Below, in pieces: positions 41,534 through 51,401 of a DNA stretch of 64,000 nucleotides. The stretch spans positions 896,001-960,000 of the forward strand of contig CAWDFP010000006.1 in NCBI GenBank assembly GCA_963801605.1, read 5' to 3'. The notes beneath the pieces were generated by a model. The model did not search any database and was not told the origin of the DNA. It saw only the letters and a program-made list of their open reading frames with translations. The stretch comes from an uncultured candidate division Zixibacteria bacterium (GTDB taxonomy: Bacteria > Zixibacteria > MSB-5A5 > UBA10806). Positions within the stretch are counted from its first letter, which is position 1. Each line of letters starts with the position of its first letter. The position numbers and the translations under genes were made by a program.

Positions 41534-42180
41534 TAGAATATGTAAACCGGTGTGCCCGGCTTTACCCTATCATAAATTAACTTGAGATCTTCGGAGCCTA
41601 AACGAACACAACCATGTGTCACACTCACCCCGAGCAATCTCTCATACACCGTTCCATGTATAAAATAACCGCTGCCAAATCCAAGCGCGAAATCACCTAA
41701 CATCTCCGGGTCAAGCCGTTCGCTTTCTTCCTTGGGAGGCTTTTCCCCTTCCTCGATAAATGCCCAGTCAGGTTTTCTCCACCAGGGCTGTTTGATCTTA
41801 TTGAGGATCTTGAATGCTCCCCGAGGCGTATTAAACTGCCATTTGCGGCCGGTCAGGCTGTCGACAAGGATTCCGCCGTTGCCGGTCGAGCAGGTAAACT
41901 TGTAAATCAACGAATCTTCGGTGCGATAACTTAATTTGTTGGCATGGGTATCGATAACGATATATGGCATTTTAGGCTTGAAAGCTTGAAGATCCTTACG
42001 CGCCTTGACAAGCTCTTTTTGGGCCAGTTTTTTATCGGCTGGTAAGGGCGCAAATGTGGTATCGCTTAGCATCGTCATGCTCTCGGATGGCGGTTTAGCA
42101 TCCCTGAATACGATGAAAGCGCCAAGAGCAGCCGCAACGATAAAAAGCGGTAAAATTACGAATAGAAACACCTTTTTCAT
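41533..42180 (-). CDS. L,D-transpeptidase (YkuD, ErfK/SrfK type), N-terminally anchored
   Basis: TPRGAF, YFIHGT...VTHGCVRL. The start overlaps the upstream stop (ATGA). Confidence 0.9.
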   Translation of the reverse strand: MKKVFLFVILPLFIVAAALGAFIVFRDAKPPSESMTMLSDTTFAPLPADKKLAQKELVKARKDLQAFKPKMPYIVIDTHANKLSYRTEDSLIYKFTCSTGNGGILVDSLTGRKWQFNTPRGAFKILNKIKQPWWRKPDWAFIEEGEKPPKEESERLDPEMLGDFALGFGSGYFIHGTVYERLLGVSVTHGCVRLGSEDLKLIYDRVKPGTPVYIF

Positions 42181-43254
42181 GGCCATAAATCCGATCGACG
42201 GACTATGGTTATTGGCATGCCGACCGAGGCAAACTGCATTAGATGATCGATATCGCGATCCGAGAGGGCCACGCAACCATCAGTCCAGTCTTTGTTTTTG
42301 CCCCCTTGACCATGGATCTCAATTAAAGCGCCGGCCCGGGCATAACGGGAAATGATTCCCTTGGCTTTATTTTCCCGGAGGCGACGGAGATCCGTCTGGT
42401 TTGGGTAATTAATTAATAACGCATGGTGAAATTTGCTGCTAACTTTAACCTTTGTCACATAATATGTTCCTTCAGGCGTGGCACCGTCGCCGGCAAACAA
42501 GTTTTTGCCGGGCCGAATTGTAGCCCAATTCGCAATTATACGAGCGAACCAAATCTCCGCCCTTAACCAGGTGCGCCTTATGAGCACTTTTATCGATTAT
42601 TAGGGCATAAGTTCCGTTTGCCCGTGACTGCTTCAGAGTCTCTCTTACCCATTGACGCCAAACACCAATCTTTCTGGCCTCATCATTGGCATATTCGGCG
42701 ACTGTGTTTTCCATATTCCGCAATTCATCTCGTCCCTTTTCAAGGGTTTTGCGAGCCTCGTCAAATTCCTGTTTGCGAATGAGGTTATCGGCCTGGTTCA
42801 GTGCAAACTCGGCAGATGTCCAATGTCGTTCGGCCTGGAAATTTTCGAGAGAGCCATCCAGAGATTCGCGCCAGGTATGAAGCTCATCTAACAATTCTGC
42901 CCGTTCCGATAATGCCAACGAATCGAGATTGCGAATAGTTTCCATTGTCTGGCGCTGGGCGTCCCGGGCGGTTTGTGAGGCCAACTTGAGGAGCGAATCG
43001 GCGTGTTGGTAATCGCGAAATGGAGCCAATCGTCCTTTCTGATGGGCAATTTCAAGCCAGCCGTCCCGTAAATACTTCTCTGCATTGCGATATTGATCCT
43101 TGTGATATCGTAATGCCCCGGAATCAGCAGCCAATTTTAGAGCGGTTTTGGCACCATCATAAACGGCCATGGGAGGATCCTGACAACTTAAAGTTGCGAG
43201 AAATAAAATTATTATGATTGCCGATAAGGTTCGTGTTAAATGTCTCAACTTCAA
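42177..43254 (-). CDS. Lipoprotein with a DUF4398-like helical domain and a DpaA/YafK-like YkuD domain; 1-nt frameshift near 42500
   Basis: Lipobox TLSC. Joined frames give CELGYNS..QKLFAGDGATPEG, SKFHHALLINYPN and IEIHG...DWTDGCVAL. Confidence 0.82.
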
Positions 43255-43292
43255 ATGATTCCGATACTTAACTTAAAAATTTGTTCTCTTAA

Positions 43293-43329
43293 GGCAAGGG
43301 CCGCCTTAAAAAAGACGGCCCACATTGCC
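43293..43329 (-). terminator. Stem-loop after the first gene of the operon (partial terminator or mRNA stabiliser)
   Basis: GGCAA..GGGCCGTC/GGCGGCCC TTGCC hairpin with no strong U-tract. Confidence 0.55.
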
Positions 43330-43347
43330 CAAATTATTACTATCTAA

Positions 43348-43947
43348 TTACTTGCCAGCTTTGCGAGCTTTAGCGGCGGCAATCTCTTCCATGATCTTAT
43401 GAGCGTTCAGTACGACGCTCTCGATCTTGGATTTGGCAACCATGTACTTACCGGTGTTAATGTCCGCCTCGGCATCGGCGTATCCGGTTTGAACATTAGC
43501 TAATTCACCTTTAATCAGTTCGATGTCTGCCTTGTCGCCTTTGCCACGGGGGGCTTTGGCCAGAGCGGCGCTAGCGGAATCAACGACTGCCTTGGCGGTA
43601 GCCAGAGCTGCGACCACTTCCTGGTGCACTCTTTCCTTCTCGGTGGCGGCTTCAGTAGCGACGTTATTGAACATCTCGGTCGCCTTAACGAACATCTCTT
43701 TGGACTTGCCATAGCTTCTGAAGAGAGCGAACTTGGAATCCTGCTCCTTCTTGGCAGCGTCGGCGGCGTTCAAAGTGTCCATAGCGGCCCGGAAGCTATC
43801 CGGAACGTAAGTTTCGGCTTCAGCAGTTTGAGCAGCTCTCATCGCTGAATTGGCAGCCTGCATTTCAACCTCTGGGGGTTTGCTGCAACCAACCATCAGT
43901 GCTAACAGTGCCAGAGCGGCAACAATCAGTGTAAGACGTTTAAACAT
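43348..43947 (-). CDS. Ala-rich helical lipoprotein (DUF4398-like, two repeats) ending in Lys
   Basis: Lipobox MVGC, SKPPE..., AETYVP and FRSY motifs shared with the N-domain of the next gene. C-terminus KARKAGK. AAAGGA RBS. Confidence 0.85.
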   Translation of the reverse strand: MFKRLTLIVAALALLALMVGCSKPPEVEMQAANSAMRAAQTAEAETYVPDSFRAAMDTLNAADAAKKEQDSKFALFRSYGKSKEMFVKATEMFNNVATEAATEKERVHQEVVAALATAKAVVDSASAALAKAPRGKGDKADIELIKGELANVQTGYADAEADINTGKYMVAKSKIESVVLNAHKIMEEIAAAKARKAGK

Positions 43948-43983
43948 TGGGTCATTCCTTTCTTAAAAAATGTAATCGGTATC

Positions 43984-44027
43984 AAAAAAAATAGGACACG
44001 CGCCAGACCCATGCCAGCACACATCCC
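43984..44027 (-). terminator. Leader terminator/attenuator upstream of the lipoprotein-LDT operon
   Basis: 14-bp stem that closes only on the minus strand (7 G-U pairs), followed by A-U8, about 35 nt before the ATG. Confidence 0.6.
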
Positions 44028-44179
44028 GCTTGCTTATTTTTTCATCGTTTGATGTTCCGTCGGATGCCGGATCGCTAGTTAATCCAGCCACCTCCTTTCG
44101 ATACTAGACATTTCCTCTCCAACATAAATTTCCCCTAATTTCTAAAAAGTTCTATCCTCATTACTTTAGGTTGAGGTGA

Positions 44180-44208
44180 TTAATATTAACCAGCCGTATA
44201 GTTGTCAA
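44180..44208 (-). promoter_or_regulatory. Putative sigma70 promoter TTGACA-N17-TATTAA
   Basis: Perfect -35 at 44203-44208 with an upstream A-tract. Confidence 0.5.
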
Positions 44209-44568
44209 GTCTTTTTTTATAAAATTAATGCCAATTCGAGTGATCGACAGCCCGCGTCTGGGTTCGGTAAAGATTTACATGCTATGAGGTTGAGTCTCCT
44301 GACCGACTGTCTTTTTTAACATGGCGGTACTTCTATATGATCCATGACTTTCGAAAAACATGGGCCTTCGAGGTCCCTATCTTGTGCCATTTTTCGCAAG
44401 TATCACAAAAAATTGACTAATAATCACGATTCAATAATCACTCGTCTCGACAGATATCTCCGTTTTTCGCTGGCAAAATTGCCTATCGTCATTTCAGCCT
44501 ATTAATTTTAATACCGCGCCAAATCCAAAATGACACTCGCTATCCACGATAAAATGACATCATTAGCA

Positions 44569-45039
44569 TTATATCAGCGGCGGTTTGATACCCAGAATAC
44601 GCAAATATTGATTTATCTGGCTGCGATGATGAATGTCATGCTCAAGAAGATGAAACATTATCCAATAACCGGGCAATTTATTTATTTTCCCTCCGCGCTC
44701 ACGATCGTAGGTGTTTTCAAATATTTCAGGGGCACGTTCGAAAAATTCCTCAATTCTCTGCCAATGACAATCGAGCATGGCGGCGATCTCGGCTTTAGGC
44801 GGGCACACGCAGGGAGTGTAATCGATTGAATCATTATGATCGATAACACTGGTAATCCAGAAGTCGGATGCCTCGGCAATGTGCATGAAGATATTACCCA
44901 GAGTAATCATTTTGGGCGCCGGGGTCCATTCGAGCTTATCATCAGGCGTGATCACCAGGGCGCGATCTATCGGCGGGCGGATCTCGTTAAGCCAGAAATT
45001 CGCGAGATTCTCGATTTTCATATTTCCATTAACGCTCAT
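44569..45039 (-). CDS. DinB family metalloprotein
   Basis: W.PAPKM.TLG.IFMHIA and HLLEHDIHHRSQI..YLR.LGI.PP. Confidence 0.88.
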   Translation of the reverse strand: MSVNGNMKIENLANFWLNEIRPPIDRALVITPDDKLEWTPAPKMITLGNIFMHIAEASDFWITSVIDHNDSIDYTPCVCPPKAEIAAMLDCHWQRIEEFFERAPEIFENTYDRERGGKINKLPGYWIMFHLLEHDIHHRSQINQYLRILGIKPPLI

Positions 45040-45118
45040 TTAACCTCACTTGAAACATGACTTGATTTTAATCAAAACTTGAGTTTCTAATTTAAAAGGT
45101 ATGTAGCTGCCGGTTAAT

Positions 45119-45643
45119 CTAATGTTTTGTAGTATCCGGGGATGGCGGTGGAACTGTAACGCCTGTATCCAATACATATTTCCAGATTCCATCCGCTTGT
45201 TTTTTCCAGATTGTCACATATAAGCCGTAAGATATTTTCTCCGCTCCTGTTGAATCTTTATAAACAAACTCTGATTTCCCCAGAGTGTAACCCAGATCAT
45301 TTGAAGCAGAAATATCGGAATAATAGGGAGCCCATCGAAGAGCTGTTCCTGCAGCATCGCCATAAAGCGCGCGAATAGCCTCCCGGCCAATAATCGGCCC
45401 GGAATTTCTCCTTAATATAGTGGCGGAATCGGCAGCATAGAATGCGAAGGCCTGGGCTATGCCGCTATCGGATGCCATCTTGGCAAATTCAAGATCAGCC
45501 TGAATTATAGCATGGTTGGGGATTTGAACCTCGGATATTGGAACTGCCTGCTGTCCCGACTGTGCCAGACAATTATTTGAAACAATTATACTTAACGAAA
45601 GTGAAGCTATTATTAACAAAACATTAAATAATTTGGATGACAT
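45119..45643 (-). CDS. Exported DUF4440/NTF2-like protein
   Basis: GREAIRA, LRWAP, SNDLGYTLG, YVTIWKKQADG.WKYVLDTG. GGAGG RBS before ATG 45643. Confidence 0.82.
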   Translation of the reverse strand: MSSKLFNVLLIIASLSLSIIVSNNCLAQSGQQAVPISEVQIPNHAIIQADLEFAKMASDSGIAQAFAFYAADSATILRRNSGPIIGREAIRALYGDAAGTALRWAPYYSDISASNDLGYTLGKSEFVYKDSTGAEKISYGLYVTIWKKQADGIWKYVLDTGVTVPPPSPDTTKH

Positions 45644-45998
45644 AAGACCTCCTTCAATTCTGCCGGCATCATAGTTCGTTGGACTCATACAATAAACGCT
45701 TATTTCCCGCAACCATTTTTTATCTCCACGGCGGCAGGCCAATTAGCGTTTATTGCAATATTTATTAAAAATCTATTGAACTTTTTGATATTATATTATG
45801 TATTAGGTTATAGCTGACGGCGAAACACTCAAATATTACCTTTCAAAATTAACATCATTATAGTTGGCGTGATTTTTACCTTTATGGTAAAATTCCGCAT
45901 ACTTGGGATTTTTGGAAATAAAAATCTGGCGATGGCAGTGATCATTTAAGATAACGATGAGCAGCCAGAGAACGATAGGGCGATAAACGGAGGATCTA

Positions 45999-48900
45999 AT
46001 GAGCAGGGTGTTTCGGGATATGTTGAAAATTAAAAACCTGTTTGGGGCGGCGCTGCTGATTTTCTTAATAGTGTCCGTTACCACGGTTGTATTGATTCTG
46101 GCGCAACAGACCCAATCCAGGCCAGATTTAAAAGTCAAAGTTACTGATTTCAGGCCGAATGAGTATCTCAGTACTCTCGAACCGACCAATATCACAATCC
46201 GCTTTTCGCGGGACCTGATGTCTGATGATAGTCTCAATGTACTTTTTGCCGATGTTCCGATCGAAATAAATCCCCCAATTGAGGGATTGGGCAAATGGGT
46301 TGATAAAAATACCTTCACTTTTTATCCCAGTGGCCCGTTCAGGCCATCGACAGAATACATAATAAAAATCTCCAGCGCAAAAACTTATCTTTATGGCAAT
46401 CGTATCGACGAGCCGCGCACCTTTAAGATTAGGACCCCGACAATAGCCGTCAGCAATTTCTGGACTGAAATTGCGGATGTCCCCGAACCGCAATTCTGGA
46501 GCCGTCTGATAATTCACCTGACATTTACCTGCCCGGTGGATCCCAGCGAACTTAAAGAACATTTACCGTCGGTCTTAGGCGGCAAAGTGAAATTGAGCCT
46601 GATGGAACAGGCGCCTGCAAATGAGATGACTGTCGCATCAGAGCCATTCCGCAGCCAGGATTTCAATGGCAAATATGATTTTGTGATCTCCAAGGGGCTC
46701 AACTGTATAGGCGGTCAGATACCGCTTCAAGGAGATTATATCCAAAAGCTTGATATACCTAAGCCCGCGCCATTAGTAATTGAAAATGTGCGCTCCGAAG
46801 GTGCCGGCCCTAATTCGCATATCGTAATTCAACTCTCGCAATCAACCGCCCTGACCCAACTTGAGGATTTTATAACTCTGACACCCGGGATCGATTTTAC
46901 AATCAGCCAGTACTATAGCGAGATCGATTTGATCGGTAATTTCAAACCGCGCGAAACATATACTATCGCAATAAAAAAGGGACTTCGCTCCCTCGCCGGC
47001 CAGGAGTTGGAACGCGATTTCTCCGATCAGGTTATGATAGGTGATATGCCGCCGCGAATAACATTTCTCGATAACGGCGTTTTTATGTCGAAAAAAGGCG
47101 GCCAGCTTTTAGCGGTAGAAACTGTCAATATCGACGAGATCACCGTAGAGGTAGAACAGGTTTTTCCCAACAATATCGTTTATTATTTAGGCGATTACGG
47201 CCGCGGCTATCACGGTGAAGATAACGGCCGATTGGGCCGTCGAATATTCACCAAAGACTTCAAACTTACTCAAAATCTCAACGAACCCCTGACATCGACC
47301 ATAGATTTAGGCAAAATCGTGGGAGATACTCTGCATGGAGTCTACAGCGTGGCGGTGCGAAAAAAAGACCGCCGCTGGACCTACGACCAGCGTAAGGTTA
47401 TGATCAGCGATCTTGGTATTATGGCGCGCCTTTCGGATAACTATCTTATGGTTTGGATTAATACCCTCAGCGCCACTAAACCCGTGGATAATGCCAGCGT
47501 AACCCTGATTAGTCGCAATAACCAAGCTATCTTAGAGGGGAAAACCGATTCGCGAGGTCTGGCCATTTTCGAAAATATCGCTGAGAAGATCAAGAGATTT
47601 GATCCCTTTGTAATCACTGTCTCCAAGGATGGCGATCTTTCCTATTTGCAGTTTTCGGATTGCCTGATACCGACAACCGATTTCGATGTCTCTGGCAGAC
47701 CTTTTCTGGCCAAAGGTTATGAATCGTTTCTCTACTCAGATCGCGGGGTCTATCGTCCCGGCGAAACGGTTCATCTGGTTAGCGTGGTGCGTGGGGTGGA
47801 GGGTTCCGTCCCCCAGGAGTTCCCTTACAAGATAAAAATTACTGACCCCGAGGGGCGCGATTTCAAAGAGTATAAACTTGCCACGAAAGATGGCGGAATT
47901 TCCGCTCTCGATATTGAAATCCCATCATTCGCCAAAACCGGGGGCTATCTGCTGGCAGCCAAAATCGGCGATGAACTTATCGGCCAATACAATTTCCAGG
48001 TCGAGGAGTTTATGCCCGACCGCATTAAAACCGCTATCTCCACTGATAAGGAAAGTTATAACTCTGGGGATGAGGCCAGAATTGACGTCAACGGCGTTTA
48101 CTTGTTCGGGCCGCCTTGTGCGGGTAATGTGGTCGATGGCCATGTAACGCTTGAATCGGGCCTTTTCCAACCAAAAGGATTTTCGGAATATACCTTCTCG
48201 GATCCGGCAGTTGCATTTACACCTATCCAGGCGGACTTAGCATCGGATAGCCTCGACGCACAGGGCAATCACACTTATCATTACAAGGTCTCGCAAAATT
48301 TGAGGCCGCCCTCAGCTTTGAGAATGACAGTTTCCGCAACCATACGCGAAGATGGTGGCCGGGCAGTCAGCGCTTATAAGAGCGTGATGGTGAACCCCTA
48401 TAAAATTTATTTTGGTATCAAGCCCAATTTTGACGGATACGCGCGTTCAGGCGTCGCTGCTTCGTTTGGAGTGGTGGCGGTTAATGGCGATGGTCAGGGC
48501 GCTACAGCAGACTCGATCTGGGCAAAATTCTACAATATTACATATCAGAATATCATCAAGCGCGACCAGTACGGTATCTACCGATATGTCTCCGAGGAAA
48601 AAGACGTAATCATTGATTCATCACTCATCTCATTTTTCGGACAGGCTCAAACGGTTAATTTTACACCCAACGATTATGGCGCTTTCAGAGCCAGGATTGG
48701 AGTTCGAGGCGGGCATACGGCAACTGTAACATTTTATGTCCCCGGCTGGGGTTATTCTCCCTGGTCGATGGCGCATCCCGATAGAATTGATCTGACGCTT
48801 GATCGTAAAATTTATAAAGCAGGGGATAAGGCTCATCTTCTAGTTAAAGCTCCTTTTGAAGGAAAACTCCTCCTCACTTTTGAAAAAGACAAGGTACTGG

Positions 48901-51401
48901 AATTTAAAACTTACGATCTCGACAGCAACAGCGCCGAAATCGTGATTCCGGTTAAAAAAGATTATGCTCCCAATATCTATGTCACTGCCACGCTTATTAA
49001 ATCGACCACTTCTCTGGAGCGATTCTCTCCTGCCAGGGCTTTTGGCCTGGTGCCACTTTCGGTTGACAATTCCAGTATGAAGTTGTCAATGACCATCGAT
49101 GCACCCGACGTCATGAAGCCTCGGCAAAAGCTCGATTTGGCGATTAAGACCAATCTTGCTAAAGGCACCAGGCTAACGGTCGCGGCGGTCGATATTGGCA
49201 TTCTGCAATTGACTGATTTTCAGAGCCCCAATCCATTCGATTTCTTCTACGGCAAAAAGCGGCCCGGCCTGAATCCCTACGATATTTATTCATTGGTATA
49301 TCCCGATATCAAGGAGGCCGAATCGAAACTGACTCCAGGCGGCAGCAGCTACGAGGCCTCTCGAAAGCGACATCTTAATCCAATCAACGCCCGGAGAGTT
49401 AAACCTGTGGCGCTCTGGTCTGGAATTGTAGCAGTTGATGCCTCTGGATTAGCTCGCGTTTCGTTTGATGTCCCGCAATTTAACGGCAAGCTTTTGGTGA
49501 TGGCCACTGGTTTTAGCGCCGACAAGGTTGGTTCGGTATCCAAAGAGGTTACGGTTAGAGATAAGATTGTTATCCAGGAGGCACTACCGCGTTTTATTGC
49601 TGGAGGCGATACGATTCAAACCCGGGTCGTGGTATTCAACAACACGGGAGCGGATAATAATTTTGATATCACTATGGATATTACCGGCCCGGCTACGTTA
49701 ATCTCGAAAAAGAGCGCGAATGTATCCATTCCATCCAACAGTAAAGGTGTGGCTGATTTTGTAGTCCTGGCTAATGAAAAACCCGGCAAGGTTATCTTTT
49801 CTATCACGGCCTCGGGTGGGGGAGAGCAAGCGCTCGAAACTGTCGAGCTTGCTAACCGTCCCGGCCAACCCCTTTTGACCAAGCATGGCTCCGGCACAAT
49901 AAAATCCGGTACCTCGGCGCACATCAATATGTCCACAAGTTGGTTGGAGGGGACAGCCCAATACGATTTGAGAGTGTCGTCTCTTCCCACGGTGCGTCTT
50001 ACGGGAAGTATCCAATATCTTTTAACTTACCCTTATGGCTGCATGGAGCAAACAATCTCGAAACTTTTCCCGCTGCTCTATTTCAATGATCTTGCCAAAT
50101 TTCTGCAACCTGAGATTTTTGGCGGTAAGGGTCAGGATTACTTTATTGACGAGGGAATTGCCAAGCTTACGACCATGCAGCTGCCATCCGGTGCTTTCAT
50201 GTTCTGGCAAGGACAGCCGGTACCGAACCCCTGGGCAAGTATCTGGGCGACTCATTTTTTAGTCGAGGCCAGAAAGGTGGGCTACCAGGTTAGCGATGAT
50301 GTGTACGATAAGGCGATTGGAAACTTAGACCGCATGGCCAAAGATAATACTCTGGATAATAACAAAGGAGTTCTCCGCATTTACGCCGCCTATGTACTGG
50401 CCAAGGCGGGCAAGCTTGATAAAAGTGTTGTGAATAATCTCAAGCTTCTGAATATCGAAATCCTCCCGGTCTGGTCGCGCTTCCAGTTGGCCGGAACAAT
50501 TGCTATGACCAGCGGTGTCCAGGATGCCCTTTGGTTGATGCCTGCCGAGATTCACCCCATCAAGTATGAGCCTGAGACAGGAGGATATTTTGATTCCGAG
50601 ATCAGGGGGAATTCGATTCTTCTTGACGTTCTAAGCGATATTGCTCCGGATAATCCTGCCATCCCGGAACTTGTAAAGGAAGTTTCGGAAAATCTTTATG
50701 TGGGCGAGTGGTATACCACCCAAAGCAACGCTTTCGCGCTTTTGGCATTGGGACGATATTTCCATGCGCAGGAAAAACCGGATTATAACGGTTCAATAAT
50801 TGTTGACGGCAAAAAGTTTAAGCAGTTTGGAACTGAAGACCTCAACATTAATGATTTCGCCATAGGCGGTAAGGATATCGAGATCGCCATCAACGGAACC
50901 GGGACCTGCTACTACTGGTGGCAGGCCAGCGGCATAAGCGCCGATCGACAGGTGCGAGAATTTGACGATCGTTTGGTAGTAAGACGGGAGTATCTCGATA
51001 GCAAAGGCAGCCCGGTGAGCCTCGATGCACTTCAACTGGGAGATCAAATTGTGGCCAAAATAACATGCGAAGCACGTGATAAGGACCTCGATAATGTCGT
51101 TATTAACGATCTTCTACCATCCTGCCTGGAGATAGAAAATTCGCGGCTTGTTACAACCGGACGGCTTGCCTGGCTTCCCAATAGCGGAAATGGTCCTGCC
51201 TATATGGATATCAGAGATGATCGGATGCTGCTATTCGTAAACGATCTTCATCCAGGCAACCGCTTTACCTATTATTACTCGCTTCGGGTTGTTTCGAGGG
51301 GAGACTTCTTCGTGCCGCCGGTGGCCGCGGAGTGCATGTATGATCCGCTCATTGCCAGCGCAGCGTCATCGGGGCAGATGAAAGTTACTGATGCCAAATG
51401 A
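45999..51401 (+). CDS. Bacterial alpha-2-macroglobulin (YfhM-like)
   Basis: SDRGVYRPGE, FQVEEFMPDR, AAVD.GIL, thioester YPYGCMEQ, WYTTQ, DIRDDR, AECMYDP. Confidence 0.93.
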   Translation: MSRVFRDMLKIKNLFGAALLIFLIVSVTTVVLILAQQTQSRPDLKVKVTDFRPNEYLSTLEPTNITIRFSRDLMSDDSLNVLFADVPIEINPPIEGLGKWVDKNTFTFYPSGPFRPSTEYIIKISSAKTYLYGNRIDEPRTFKIRTPTIAVSNFWTEIADVPEPQFWSRLIIHLTFTCPVDPSELKEHLPSVLGGKVKLSLMEQAPANEMTVASEPFRSQDFNGKYDFVISKGLNCIGGQIPLQGDYIQKLDIPKPAPLVIENVRSEGAGPNSHIVIQLSQSTALTQLEDFITLTPGIDFTISQYYSEIDLIGNFKPRETYTIAIKKGLRSLAGQELERDFSDQVMIGDMPPRITFLDNGVFMSKKGGQLLAVETVNIDEITVEVEQVFPNNIVYYLGDYGRGYHGEDNGRLGRRIFTKDFKLTQNLNEPLTSTIDLGKIVGDTLHGVYSVAVRKKDRRWTYDQRKVMISDLGIMARLSDNYLMVWINTLSATKPVDNASVTLISRNNQAILEGKTDSRGLAIFENIAEKIKRFDPFVITVSKDGDLSYLQFSDCLIPTTDFDVSGRPFLAKGYESFLYSDRGVYRPGETVHLVSVVRGVEGSVPQEFPYKIKITDPEGRDFKEYKLATKDGGISALDIEIPSFAKTGGYLLAAKIGDELIGQYNFQVEEFMPDRIKTAISTDKESYNSGDEARIDVNGVYLFGPPCAGNVVDGHVTLESGLFQPKGFSEYTFSDPAVAFTPIQADLASDSLDAQGNHTYHYKVSQNLRPPSALRMTVSATIREDGGRAVSAYKSVMVNPYKIYFGIKPNFDGYARSGVAASFGVVAVNGDGQGATADSIWAKFYNITYQNIIKRDQYGIYRYVSEEKDVIIDSSLISFFGQAQTVNFTPNDYGAFRARIGVRGGHTATVTFYVPGWGYSPWSMAHPDRIDLTLDRKIYKAGDKAHLLVKAPFEGKLLLTFEKDKVLEFKTYDLDSNSAEIVIPVKKDYAPNIYVTATLIKSTTSLERFSPARAFGLVPLSVDNSSMKLSMTIDAPDVMKPRQKLDLAIKTNLAKGTRLTVAAVDIGILQLTDFQSPNPFDFFYGKKRPGLNPYDIYSLVYPDIKEAESKLTPGGSSYEASRKRHLNPINARRVKPVALWSGIVAVDASGLARVSFDVPQFNGKLLVMATGFSADKVGSVSKEVTVRDKIVIQEALPRFIAGGDTIQTRVVVFNNTGADNNFDITMDITGPATLISKKSANVSIPSNSKGVADFVVLANEKPGKVIFSITASGGGEQALETVELANRPGQPLLTKHGSGTIKSGTSAHINMSTSWLEGTAQYDLRVSSLPTVRLTGSIQYLLTYPYGCMEQTISKLFPLLYFNDLAKFLQPEIFGGKGQDYFIDEGIAKLTTMQLPSGAFMFWQGQPVPNPWASIWATHFLVEARKVGYQVSDDVYDKAIGNLDRMAKDNTLDNNKGVLRIYAAYVLAKAGKLDKSVVNNLKLLNIEILPVWSRFQLAGTIAMTSGVQDALWLMPAEIHPIKYEPETGGYFDSEIRGNSILLDVLSDIAPDNPAIPELVKEVSENLYVGEWYTTQSNAFALLALGRYFHAQEKPDYNGSIIVDGKKFKQFGTEDLNINDFAIGGKDIEIAINGTGTCYYWWQASGISADRQVREFDDRLVVRREYLDSKGSPVSLDALQLGDQIVAKITCEARDKDLDNVVINDLLPSCLEIENSRLVTTGRLAWLPNSGNGPAYMDIRDDRMLLFVNDLHPGNRFTYYYSLRVVSRGDFFVPPVAAECMYDPLIASAASSGQMKVTDAK

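Noticed and set aside
43950..44330. c-di-AMP (ydaO) or c-di-GMP riboswitch ahead of the cell-wall operon
   Set aside because: The conserved core motifs were not recognisable by eye. Retained only as an unidentified leader.
45836..46318. 160-aa minus-strand ORF
   Set aside because: Antisense to alpha-2-macroglobulin, with no recognisable motifs.
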